Source: Camelus dromedarius (lineage: Eukaryota). From it: 64,000 bases of DNA. Shown here one piece after another: positions 10,790 to 22,171 of this stretch. The DNA lies in NCBI RefSeq assembly GCF_036321535.1, contig NC_087436.1, forward strand, positions 4,030,001-4,094,000. Direction: 5' to 3'. The notes beneath the pieces are model-generated. The model saw only the letters and a list, made by a program, of their open reading frames with translations. It was not told the DNA's origin and did not search any database. Every line of letters begins with the position of its first letter. Position 1 is the stretch's first letter. The position numbers and the translations under genes were made by a program.

Positions 10790-10917
10790 ATCCTGCCAAC
10801 TACGCCAAGTGTCAGCCGAGGGAGGCTGATGTGGGGTTCTAGGAGGTGAGCGGCCCAAACGAAAAAATGCACGAGGAGTTGCCATACTGCTGGACAGACT
10901 TCAGCCGGAGAATCCAT
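10783..10917 (-). CDS. LTR-encoded 44-aa leader ORF, putative Env signal-peptide exon: MDSPAEVCPAVWQLLVHFFVWAAHLLEPHISLPRLTLGVVGRMR*
   Basis: ATG at 10917, open through U5 and the PBS. Its TGA lies inside the donor AG|GTGAGT. Splicing 10787 to 6534 gives ATG AG|G GTA ACA, in frame with env. Confidence 0.6.
   Translation of the reverse strand: MDSPAEVCPAVWQLLVHFFVWAAHLLEPHISLPRLTLGVVGRMR
10790..10807 (-). other. Primer-binding site for tRNA-Ser, TGGCGTAGTTGGCAGGAT
   Basis: 17/18 match to the complement of the tRNA-Ser 3' end (ATCCTGCCGACTACGCCA). The mismatch is a G:U pair. It lies 2 nt after the LTR. Confidence 0.92.
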
Positions 10918-11189
10918 GGGGTTAACAACACTTTATTGCCACAGGGAGGTGCACCCTATGATGCACCTGTCCTGCTTTTATCTGTTTTCTGTCAGCACAT
11001 GCGCGGTCTGAGTTTCTTTGTTCATCAGGCTTACGGAATATCTCTAGCACATGCGTACTTCTATTTTCTTTGTTCTAAATCTTATATAATTGACGCATGC
11101 GTGGAGCAATTATTTACTGCATACTACAAACATGCTCTGATCGTGGCCTTGGGTCCCACGGCCTTAACTCATCTCAACACCAGCTCACA
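10810..11189 (-). repeat. 5' LTR (380 bp) with one copy of the 45-bp repeat
   Basis: By eye identical to the 3' LTR except A5171/G11035 and the 45-bp unit. Followed on the minus strand by CT and the PBS. Confidence 0.97.
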
Positions 11190-11734
11190 CTGAGATATCA
11201 ATTCAAGGGAGACTGTTAAATAATCAAGTCTGCCTGGTCTTCACCTCAAAGAGCAGATACTATAAATTCCTGATGTAGGATGAGGCTGCCGCCACAAACT
11301 GACTCAGCTTGAAATTAATATCCAAGATGAAGCAGCGGATACACGTAAATATTCATGATTGTCAACTCCGCTCATGGGTCTGGGCCCTTCACTGCCTGAA
11401 CGGGGGTGAAATCCCCACCCCTGTCAGGGATGGAAGCGCGGCTCTTCCCAGTGTCACCCAGGCTTCATGGGCTGTTTCCCCCCACAGGCTGTCCTCAATG
11501 ATTAAAAAGCTCTCAAGATTTTTACACCATGCAAAACTGAAAGACATTTCTGCAGATGGAGCACTTTCTCAGGCTTAAACCTTTTTTGCCTACACTCAGC
11601 AAGGGGGAAAAAAGAAACATGACTCTGCAAAGTCTCTGAGCCTCACCACTCACAGGAATAGAAAGGCCATAGCAGAAGATGACACTTCACATCGCAGGGT
11701 GAGAACAAAATAAAGCGGCCCCAACAACAGGCAC

Positions 11735-12280
11735 TCCCAGAGACAGCGCTCAGCAGTCTTCTGCACACTCACGGTTTTGCAGCCCTCATCACCATCTATT
11801 TCCAGAACACCATCACCCCAGAAGAACACCCCTGTCACTAAGAGTCACTCCCTAACACCCCTCCACCCAGCCCTTTGCAACCATCACCTGCTCTCCGCCT
11901 CTGCATGTGCCTATTCTGAGCATTTCAGATCACTGAAATCAACAATATGTGGCCGTCTGTGGTTCCTTTCACTTAACATGCTGTTATCAAGGCTCATCCA
12001 TGTTGAAGTGGTATCAGCATCTCTCTCTGTTTTTTTTTTTTTTTTTTTGAAAACGTTAAAGTTTATTAGAAGGTGGTAAGTACTATCAAAAAGAGTAGAG
12101 TGGAGCATAAGGGGTTGGGTTTCAAAGGGAAAAGGGCAGGTTGAGCAGTCAGGGTGGACTTCCCAGAACAGGTGGCCTTTTTCATCTTCCCCTTAATTTT
12201 TTTTTCTTTTTTATTCACTCTTACGTCTGAATAATGTTCCACTACATGGAGATACTACATTCTGTTCATCCATTCAGCAG
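11735..12280 (-). mobile_element. Old L1M 3' fragment interrupted by a poly(A)-tailed insert at about 12030-12205
   Basis: L1MB-like text (caccatctatttccagaac..., ctttcacttaacatg...tcatccatgttg, ttcatccattcagc) on both sides of the insert. Confidence 0.6.
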
Positions 12281-12635
12281 CTACGTATGGACGAGGTCCA
12301 GAAGAATGAGTGTAAGAGGTGACTAGCAGGGATGGCATTAAACAAAGGGCAAGATGTGCTTTAAAAAAAAGAGGCAACAAACAGAGGCACAAGGAAATTC
12401 AGTGAGTTTCTGAGCAAAGTGCATGCTTGCTTCGGCAGGACTACCGTGCAGGGTTGAGGCAGATATTGGCAGGAATCACGGGGAGGGAGTCACCTGAGAA
12501 GACGCCCCACTGCAAGTAGCTCAGCCAGTTCTCCTCCGTCATCCTGTATTTTTAGAGCCATGTTTCTTGGTTTCTCTTATTTCAAGTAATAGCACTTTAA
12601 CTACACATCTGGTCATCTGCATCAGACCACCTTAC

Positions 12636-12746
12636 CTCCAAGCCACAGAAAATCATTCATTGACCGGAGCAGCTCCAGGACATAATGGGGATGGATTAGG
12701 GAGTCCTGCAGCATCCCAGCCTGCAGGTATAAACCCAACATGTGCC
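12636..12746 (-). pseudogene. TRAPPC9: TRAPPC9 pseudogene, exon 3 with an internal deletion at its 5' end
   Basis: Translates [36 protein letters not shown] versus human [36 protein letters not shown]. Acceptor caacag and donor G|gtaagg are kept; the HYKKRCQGRMRK segment is missing. Confidence 0.9.
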
Positions 12747-15700
12747 CTGTTGATGTCAAGAAAGTAAAATGCATGGAAATATCTCACTGCTGGTGCATGA
12801 TATCTGCCCCCAAATTGCCCCAAAATCATACTGGCAAAGCACTACTCAACCCGCTCACTACAAAAAAAAAAAAAAAAAAAAAAAAAAGCTAAGAAGGCAA
12901 ATTTAGGCTCTTCCTTTGAAAACCAGCTACCATCACTGCCAGTATCTGAGGTGGAATTCTCCTGACTTCAAAAACCACTGTGCAGTTACTTTTCAAACGT
13001 GAAGGTATATATGTATTCCACGTAGATGATATTACAGAAGGATTTTTCTTTTCAAAATTTCCAGTTGCAACATTAGCACAAGAAAGTTTTTGTTTCAGCT
13101 TTAAAAAAAATCAATTATCTTCCACTTTCTTAATGTTGATCCTATTTTTATTTTATAAAGGGAGCTATGTTGCATATTATAAACCAACTGTTTGGCTTCT
13201 GCAAACAAGAACTGTATGACTTCACTATTTCAGAGCAAACTTTAACGATGCTTTGAGAGGTGGGGCCTGTGGCGCTCAACTAACATCTCTTTAAATACTG
13301 ACAAGGATGTGCTATTAAGTAATGCAAAGGCTCTAACTCCATATTAACTCAGAAACCAAAGAAACTACACCAAAACCTTACTTTATCATTTTTAAATATT
13401 CCGATTCTTTTGAATATTAAATTTCTTAAAAGATATGATTTCTTTTTGAGAAAAACAACAGCTGTATTAAATTTCCTCTCATCAAGAAAGCAATCTTTAT
13501 CAAGAATAAAAACCCCTATGGAAATCCAAAAGATGGGACGTTTCTAGCTAAGTGAACATGCAGATGTGAACACAAACTTATGTCCTATCAGATCTCACTC
13601 GAACGAGCTCAACAAAGTCCTGGGCTACCCTAGAACTTAGCTCTTCTGTTCCAAATGTTGGCTGAGCTAAGATCATCAGGCAAGGCAGGGAAGGAGAGAA
13701 GAGGAAAGTCCACCTGGCGACCTCCATCTGTTTTCTTCCAGCCACAAGGTGCCGCTAGGGAGGCCCCGCTAACAAGCCCTCCCCATAACAAAATCTGGCA
13801 TCCACACTGCCCCTGCCATCCCCAAGCAACCCCGATGCCCCTCTCCCACTGGTCGCCTCCCAGCCTGTGAACGGTCTTCTAATGACCCCCCCAGTTGGTG
13901 GCAACCTCCCCCTCTTCCCCGCTACACACACACACACACACACAGAGCCAAGGCAGCCTTCCCAAAGCACAAATTTGATTACCTCAACCCCCACTTCAAA
14001 CCCTTCAGAGGCTCACTGGTAGAGTTCTAGCCCTACACCTGACCCTGACCCTGACCCTGACCATGCTCGCCCAGCCTCACCTCAGTACCCAGGTCCCCAG
14101 TGACCTCAGGGGACCCCTGACTTGCTCCTACTTCCCACTTGCCTCCAGGCTCATCTTGACTATTTCTCAAGGAAGCCTTCCCTCCCTCCAACCTCCGCAC
14201 TTTGTTCCTCTGTTCCTAGAACATTCTAGGCTAAGTCAACTTCTGACACTACTAAGCTCCCAAGATGCTAATAAATTTTGCTTATTAATGTGGGTCCACT
14301 CTCCCCTAGACACTCAGAAGTGTGCATGTTATGAATAAATGAATGACGGGGTGGGTCTCAAAGGGAGAGACTTACCTGCTTTCGCCCATCCCGGCCCTTC
14401 TTTCTGTAGAATATCAGATGCAAAACCAGAAGTACCTTTCCTGAGGGTCACTTCCTGCTGACACCCTTCACTGCCTCCTGGGTCAGTTTTAGTAAAACCC
14501 AAACTTATCCAAAGCCCTCCACCCAAGGCCATCTCCAGTGTCCTCCCAAGCAGGGGCACCCTCCACCCTGGGCCACACAAGGCACACTCCCTGAGTTCCC
14601 ACCTCACAAGCCTCCAGGCCTCTGCCCGGGCTGCTCCTGTCACCTGAGCCACCTTCTTGATGCCTTCTCCTGGCTGACACTTACTATGTACTCACAACTG
14701 AATGTAGAGCCCATTTCTTCCAGGAAGTCCTCTCTGATAATGTCCTTTAGCTCTTGGCTGGGCTTCCTTTAGAGCAGCACTGCATGGCGACCAAATGGTG
14801 TTTGTCCACCCACTCCTTTGAGACCATGACATCTTGGAGGCCACATGGGAAATAGGAGTGAGACGACAAGAGGGTAGGGAAGAGCTAAAAGCAAAATCAC
14901 AGCCCAAGTTCCAAATTTAAGGATTCTTTCTCAGAAAAAATGAATAAAATGTTTCATACGTGTGTCATTTGGCTATGATTTTTGTGGCTCATGGAAAGCA
15001 AGAGCTTGGTGTTCTAGTCCAAAAACCAAGTTACATGCAAAGAAATGTATATATTCATATATAAAGGAAGCCAGAACTGCTCAACAACAGTTTGCAGTTT
15101 AATTCCAAAGGAACTTTGATAAAGGCAATCTCTCTCTCTCCTTTTTTTTTTTTTTTTTTTTTGAATCATATAGTTTCAGAAGTATTTGTATAACTAAGTG
15201 ATTGCTACAGCCCATGATTCTGCACTGGAGTGTTTGGGGTTGAGGAAGCCCAGATTACATGCACTGTGTAAATGCAATCACACAAACACACTGACAGGAG
15301 CCCTAGTGGCTGAGCTGAATTTTCAAAGCAGACAACCTTACAATGGAACACAGTTCTAAGTAGAAAGTAAGAAATGCAATGTTCTGTACTCAATTTCATA
15401 CGTTATATGGGCCATTAACCGATAGTGCACCTTGTATAACGAAACCCAAAAATAAATTGCCAACGTCGATTTTCTCCATCTGACAGTTTTATGTTAACAT
15501 TGGTTATCAAACCCTCAATCCATACGGAGAGCTCAGGCTTACGCTGCAGCAGGTTACATCCCGCCGAATACAGAGGATCAAGGAAGAACTGGAGAGTTTC
15601 CCTTCAGAAGCTGCTAAGTCTGGTTTTGCACCTGTACGTAATTTGCAACCACGTCATCGTCAAAGGAGTAAGACCTTACATCTGTGGGGCGTAAAGCACT

Positions 15701-18700
15701 GCGGTGCTTCTGAACAATCAAAGAACACTGAGCTTTGTGAAACAGTCCTGAGGCACTTAAATTGCACTTTTTCTGAAAGGCTCCAAAACTGACCCACTTC
15801 ACCATTCCAGTTACAACAGGGAGGTACCGGAATTAGTAGAGAAAACATGCCCTTTAAGTCTGAGAAGGCCCTGCTTGAATCCTGCTACAGCATTTACTAG
15901 CCGCTAAATGGACCAATTCCTTAACCCCTCTGAGAAGGCTTCCCAATCTGCAAAAGGCGGCTGCCACCGACCACCTGGGAGGCATGGATGTGAATGCAAC
16001 ACGCAAATAGGGCGGCTGACTGGTACCTGACACGGGGCCTGTCTAGTTTCCCTCCGCTGCCCTTCTCCCACTTTAAACTTGCACTGTTGCCTCTGGTAAG
16101 GATCAAGCCGCTGCAAGAGACTGCCCGATTCTTCTGTGTATCCTCGTATACATGACTTACCCTTAGGAGGCCAGAAAAACTGCCTCCTCCTCAGTTACTG
16201 TCAATATTCTTTAGAGCTTGTGTTTTTTTTTAACTCTATTTTGCAGGGAGACTATTCCAGAACTGTCCAAGCACCATTCTCCAGGTTGGCTCCCCTCACA
16301 GCACCCATCCCTTTTCATCTCAGATCCTCTGTCTGATTGCCTTCTGTTCATGGGAAAGAGAGTCCGGTAGGGTGGGGACTCCCTAGGCCTCCTTCCCACC
16401 GTCAAAGGTAAGTGTGACTACCTTCTCCCCCCTCCCCACTCCAACTCCAGCTTCTGAGGAGTCTCCCCTCCCGGACCCTGCAGCCTTTGCATCTTCCCAA
16501 GACACACACGTGGCCATGACCCTCCCTTTAGATTTCATCCTGGCTGGCCCTGCCCAACACCCGGCCCCTTAAGCATAAATGGCATTGCTCTGAAAATCCC
16601 AAACGCCGCTGACTGACACACCAAAGCTGCATTGTCTGGGCTTTCCTCCAACCGAGGCACAGCCCTGCCCTCCCTCAGCCTCAGTCTGCACCTCTTGAGA
16701 AGAGCTAAACCACATGTAAGGCTGTGAACTCCAACTAAGAAGGACGAATCCCAACGTGTATCTCTAGTCCGGCACCTTCACCTGAGCCCCAAGCTCATAG
16801 ACCCGAGTGCCTCTTTGAAGTCCTCACTTGGATGACAAATGGCATCTTAAAAATGCCTCATGTCCACCATTTACTCTGGAATTCGATTCCTGACAGGTAC
16901 CTCCCAGACTCCTCATTTAACTAACAGAACCAGCACCCACCTAGATGTTTGAGGTCACATTCAATATCCGCTGTTCCCTCCCCCAAGCCCTGGTCTGGAA
17001 TGAGTCCTGTTATTTCCGTTGCTAAGCCCATCTCAAGTCTGCTTCTGCAGGGACCATGGCCGTAACCCCACAAGCTCACAGCATGGTGCAGTGAGTCACA
17101 GTCCTCCGAAGGGTGCTCCCTGGAGGAGGAGGCATCTCCTGCCGCTGGTCACCTCAGAAGTCACTGGATTCTCACAAAGGAGGCCCAGGAGAAAGGACTC
17201 AAGTTTCGTCCATGGTCTGAGCTTTGAAGGACCTGAGGTCTGGGGGAGCTCCTAATTAGCAGACAAACCTGCCAGTGAGCAGAAGAGGATGGAGGAACCC
17301 AGGGAAGGCTGTTCTCACTCTGACCCCTGGGCTCTCAGGAGCCACGGGAAAGGCCACTGTCCAGGGCACAGCCCAGCCATCACAGATCCCAGCCTGCATT
17401 TGCCAACCCGGACAGCCTAGACTCCTTCTACTTGCAACACTTACTTCTGTTCTGTTCCCCACCCAGAATGTGATGGACTATTTCAGAAATTCTGGCCTGT
17501 CTCAAGCGAGACCAAGTCAGTGAAAAACGCAGTGTTGACATTTGGACCAGAGCATGAAAGGAGGAACAAGGCCTCATGGTCAGCATGATGGTGGTGGCCA
17601 AACCCTTCCCCCGGGTGAGATGAACCATGGTAGGGGTGAGAATACAAGGTCCTAGGTCGGCCAAAGCATCTCCCTTCACAGCTGACTGGGGTGTTGGGGT
17701 CTCACTATCGAAAACTAACGACACGGCCGTCAGTGGTGGACGTCAGCTGCAACAGACACAGAGTCAGCCATTTACTGCCAACGTGGGTTAAAAGTAAAGG
17801 CCGGTACAGGGAGGCCTGCACAGCTGCTGAGGCAAAACACAGACCAGGCTCTGAATGCCCACTGGATGAAGCAGACTGGAACATACGGTCCCCTTTAGCG
17901 GTCCGTTTGTCCACCAGATCCAGGTGAGTCAGCCTCTTCGGAGAAGGCCAAGTTGTCCTGATACTCAGAAAAAACAGCCTCGTACAGGGAACAAAAGAGT
18001 GGCATGGATTTTAGACCTGATACTGCCCCTTTATGAAGGCAAACTAAAGTAAATGGCACGGGGAAGTTGAATACAACAAAAAAAAAAAAATGACTGCTTC
18101 CTCCAACAGCGTCCCCTGCACCTGATCACCCCCGAGCCGGCCACTTCCTCACCAGTGACCGCCGGCCAGGAAGCGCCATCACGCACGTCACACAGCAACA
18201 GCCAGGAACCGCGTGCTGAGCACTTTTGTGTAAAAGCAGGAATCGAGCAAGGTGCTGCAGACTTTGACATTCCAAGTTTAAATACTCCATGAAAAGAATC
18301 CCTAAGCAGCCTCCTAAATCAATTCGCATCTCACTTCTTCAAAACAAACAAATTTAATAAGGGCTCATTTGTCACCAAATATGAGGAAGACCAAACAGGT
18401 TCCTAAAAGCAAGGATTTTAACAGGTATCAAACACAAGTGGGTGATGTACTAACAAAGCAAATATTCCAAAAAATTAGAAAATAAAAAGATGACTAGGAT
18501 AATACATGGATCAAGGCAGCTGTTAAGTTTTTGCTTTTTAAAGCGATGGAGACAGCACGGAGGGCGATCTAGCTATTTCCAATGCAGGGTGTGCACAGCC
18601 CACCTTTTCAGACGCAACAACATGCTCACAGGGCAGTACAAGAGAAAAAGGAAAAGAGGAACAAGTGAAAATTAGAAACACACAAGAACAAAAATGACTT

Positions 18701-20544
18701 TGACAGCCTGTACAAGATCTTACGTGAGTGTGATGAGGACAGGGACGTGGGGACGGTGAGACCCACCCTCACCTCATGCTCCAGGGAAGGCAGGGTCCTG
18801 TGGGGAGCGGCGCTGCCAGGGGACATCAACGTGGTAAGAGCCCCAAACCAAAACTCCACCTACATGCGTCTAGGCAGGTTTTGAGCTACAAAATGTGGTC
18901 GCATTTCAGGCTGGACAGTTTTACTCACTCCCACCAAGAGTAGCAGGAGAGGATAAGGCTCTGCTCCTGCACCAAACATTGTTTTATAAATTAATGACTG
19001 TGGAATAGTAAAAGGAACAATGGAGTAAAAGTAACTGGAGAAGAACGTGCTTGACCCGAGCTCACTGGCCGCGATATCTCACTGACGTTCAGATGCTGGC
19101 TGGGCGCTTATTGTATCAAAACAGACAGACCCACCAGGAGGGAGGTTTAATGTGTTGCTGTATTTTGATGCCGAGAACCATGCCTGGTACACGAGGTTCT
19201 GGGTAAACAATGGTGACAGTGTCAAACACTATGGACTAAGCACACATCCAACTACTTTGTCAAATCCAAGGACAGACTTGAAAAGGCAAAAACAAGCTGG
19301 CATTCTCCGGTGGGTCTACAGACTCAGAGACAAGCAGTTGCTGAGCAAAAATGTCACCAGTGCCTCCTATGACAATAGAGGAGGCACTGGCCAGGGGGCT
19401 GGGGCATGCTCCAGGCTTCCACTGCTCACGAAGCAGTCTGTCAAGGGGGAGAAGTTGGTCCCTGCTTACGTTGCACCGATGCACCTACCTGGACTAATGC
19501 CTGGGGGCTCAGCAGGAGGTGACAGGTGAGGTGAACGGAGCCAGTCTCGGTGTAGCCTGGTGCTGGCAGCTGTGCCTTCAGCAGTGCCCAGGCTCCTAAA
19601 CCTGCCACCTCATCTCCAAGGAGCAGAAGGGGAGTGCAGGCATGTAGATCACAGGGCCCTGCGAGGACAAGTACAGATCATGGCCACGACATTTCTTGCC
19701 CCTTCCTTAAGCCATAGAAGAATGTCCGGGGAGGAACTGAAAATTCATCCAGAGTTCGCCAGGCACCACACGCAGGTGGGACTCGGGTCCCCTGTGCCTC
19801 TCACTCACAGGGCTGGTCTGGACTTTCTTTTTATCAATTCTCTGGCATCTTCTCCTCCAACTGACCAACAACCAGAAATTAGGATCTGATCTTAGGTAAG
19901 TTCAAGAATCACAGATCACCGCCTCCACAGCTGACCCGGCTGCATGTGCTAGGAGCTCCGACCGTCACCAATGAGACCGCCATGAGCCCTCTCCAGACTG
20001 AAGGCCTGAGGCCGTAGGCCGGGGGGACACAACTTCCCTCACTCTCCGCAGCAAAGGGGGACCACCTCTCGGCAAAGGCATCTCAACCTCTCCTGCCGGA
20101 GGGACAGCACGATGGACACAAGGGGAAACAGAGCAGAAGGTGAGGGGTAGGTAGCCCAGAAGAGCTCGTCTGCACTTTCAAGGAAAAGTGAGTCCTTTGA
20201 CATAATCACAGGGACAAAGTGAAGATGAACCTTTCCCTGCTCTGTCCCATACTCCATGACATGCATTTTCCTGCATAAGGAGTTCATTCGGAAGTCCCTG
20301 GCGGTGTTACTGATGTCCTAACCTGGCATGGTGACTGTCTAGCATGAAGAGAGGGCCTGAGCCGTGCAGGTGCTGGGCCTGGGAGGCAGGAGACACCGGC
20401 TCCATCCCCAGCTCAACCAGAGCCTCGTTCTGCATCTCGGGATTCAGCATCTCATCTATAAGCAAAGGGATGAGACTGTCCCAGGACAGGCTGCCCAACA
20501 GTAATGAAATGAGATCCATGTAAAGAAAGTTTCCCAGTTGCCAC

Positions 20545-20810
20545 ATTTAAAAAGTAAACAAATAAATAAACAAACAAAAAACAAATACTAGAAACTGATT
20601 TAAGAACAGATCTTACTTATTCTACTGTATGTAAAATACTATCATTTTGACATGTAATCAATATAGAAAGTAACAAGGTAGATTACATTCCTTTTACTAG
20701 ATAAGTCTCAGTATCTGATGTGCATTTGTCCTACAGCACATCTCAGCTCAGACCAGCCTCCTCCCCAGCGCTTCTAGCATCAGTGGCTGTGGCTACTCTA
20801 TTGGACAGCA
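20545..20810. mobile_element. hAT-Charlie type MITE (MER3/MER33-like)
   Basis: acatgtaatcaatata...acagcacatctcag...gtggctactctattggacagca terminus. Confidence 0.6.
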
Positions 20811-21047
20811 ACTCCAGGTGTCCCACCAGGGGTCCTGGCTGAAAAGCTGGAGTAAGTGTCCACACTAACCCTAAAAGGATCTCTCTGAAACAAAGGCGGA
20901 TTCACTTTTGAATGTCTGTAAACCGGCGGGCTGCACCTCCCTCCACCCTTGGCTACAAGACAGCCCTCTTCCTTGCTGATCCCTTCCTGGATGTAGGGAA
21001 GCAATCCGGCACACAGCCAGGGTGGCCGGGCCTCCAGATAGACGTAC

Positions 21048-21616
21048 CTGCTGACTGTGTCCAGTCCCATGAAGTCCTCCTTCTCAAACAAGGTGCAGAG
21101 GAGGTGGATCTTGTCCCCAGACTTGTTGGGGGCCCTATCCAGCCACTTGGACTTGAGCATGATGAAGAGTGACTCAGTGAAGTCCTCGATCCTCTTCACC
21201 AGCCTGCAGTCCTCATAGATTGAAGGCCACGTCTGTGCGTGTCTGCTCGGCCACCTCCCCATGCAGCACAAAGACAAAGAGCTAAGAGTCATTATCGAGG
21301 TGCCATACAGCTCCTCTGCACGTGGAGCTTCTCGAAAGCCTTGGCCGAGAGGCAATCGGTAATGGTGACAAGGCCCACTACATTGCTGTGGGTCTGGAAG
21401 TTTCTCCACCCATTCTCGGGTGCATAGTGGTGCCTGTAGTGCATACAGAGTGCCCACTGGGAGCCGCACGGGCTGATCTGGCTCACCAAGGAAATTCGCT
21501 TATAGATGCAAAAGAAATTCTCCTCTGAGATGATCCCAACGGCTTGGATCACCACGGGGAGAATCTGGTCGTTCTCAGCGCACTGCACGTAGTCAGGGAT
21601 GCTCATGTTGCAGCCC
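21048..21616 (-). pseudogene. TRAPPC9: TRAPPC9 (NIBP) pseudogene, first coding exon (exon 2), frameshifted
   Basis: [13 protein letters not shown]...[12 protein letters not shown]...YRHHYAPEN...[10 protein letters not shown] in one frame, and YEDCRLVKRIEDFTESLFIMLKSKWLDRA...FEKEDFMGLDTVSR in another. ATG at 21606 is 10 nt after a ggcag acceptor; donor AG|gtacgt. Introns are present, so this is an unprocessed duplicate. Confidence 0.95.
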
Positions 21617-22048
21617 CTGCCGAGAGGGGAGAGGAGATTGAGATACATACTCTGCTGTGGGCTGTGGGCCCCTCTGGGTTGTGGTGACCTGGTGTGTACC
21701 AGCCAGAAGGCAAGGGGAGCCCAAGCAAAGCCGGGGGTACAGTTTGTCCTCAGTGTCTGCACATGGCTACCGTAGGTCGGATCACATTACCCAGCTTTTG
21801 GCCTAGGCTTCCTGCCCCTGCAGAGCAGGGTCATTTCTTGTTTTCTGTTCCAAGCACCTAGCCAAACCCTGATGCAAAGTCAGTGCTCAAAACTGCTGAA
21901 TAAAGAAATGAAAAAATGAACTGCTTTCCACACCCCTTTAAGCAGAATATAAAGAAAAGAACCACAGTGGGATCAAAACATCTGGATTTCTATCCAATTT
22001 ATTTGAACTCCTAAGCTGCAAAATAATGGATAAGATAACTTGTCTTGC

Positions 22049-22171
22049 GGAGGAGGGTACAGTTCAGTGGTAGAGCACGTGCTTAGCAAGTACGAGGTCC
22101 TGTGTTTAATCCCCAGTACCTCATTTTAAAAAGTGAAACAAATAAACAAACCTAATTACCCTCCTCAAAAA
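22049..22171 (+). mobile_element. tRNA-derived SINE (camelid Vic-1-like)
   Basis: ggagggtacagttcagtggtagagcacgtgcttagc...gaggtcctgtgtttaatccccagtacctc followed by an aaataaacaaacctaattacc tail. Confidence 0.8.

Larger units (their letters stand above)
9907..10885 (-). pseudogene. gag: gag, disrupted and short; predicted start codon inside the 5' LTR
   Basis: The frame from ATG 10885 runs MATPRAFF...WRSWQDEVSAP...TSI*YPVAAYLLTWAQPE, which resembles HERV-S gag WYPVAA as I recall it. Later come HPDDELLTARIKDLIL and basic KGKSTPRRKKG. No Cys-His knuckle, as in class III elements. Ends GAC TAG in frame with pro. Confidence 0.8.
4946..11189 (-). mobile_element. Full-length endogenous retrovirus provirus, class III / ERV-S (HERV-S-like) lineage with env; coding-defective
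   Basis: Two direct-repeat LTRs with TG...CA ends. 5-bp TSD CTGAG at 4941-4945 and 11190-11194. tRNA-Ser PBS and a PPT. gag-pro-pol-env order on the minus strand: protease LVDTGA, RT YIDD, integrase HHCC/DDE, env CWVC, RGKR, LQNRMALDIL and CX6CC. Confidence 0.97.

Noticed and set aside
20798..21762. ORFs of 223 aa and 156 aa as a functional TRAPPC9 gene
   Set aside because: Homology is split across frames with deletions, exon 3 is partly deleted, and exon 4 onward is not found.
22049..22171. tRNA-like sequences (also at 4336 and 49221)
   Set aside because: Degenerate stems and shared non-tRNA tails identify them as SINEs, not tRNA genes.
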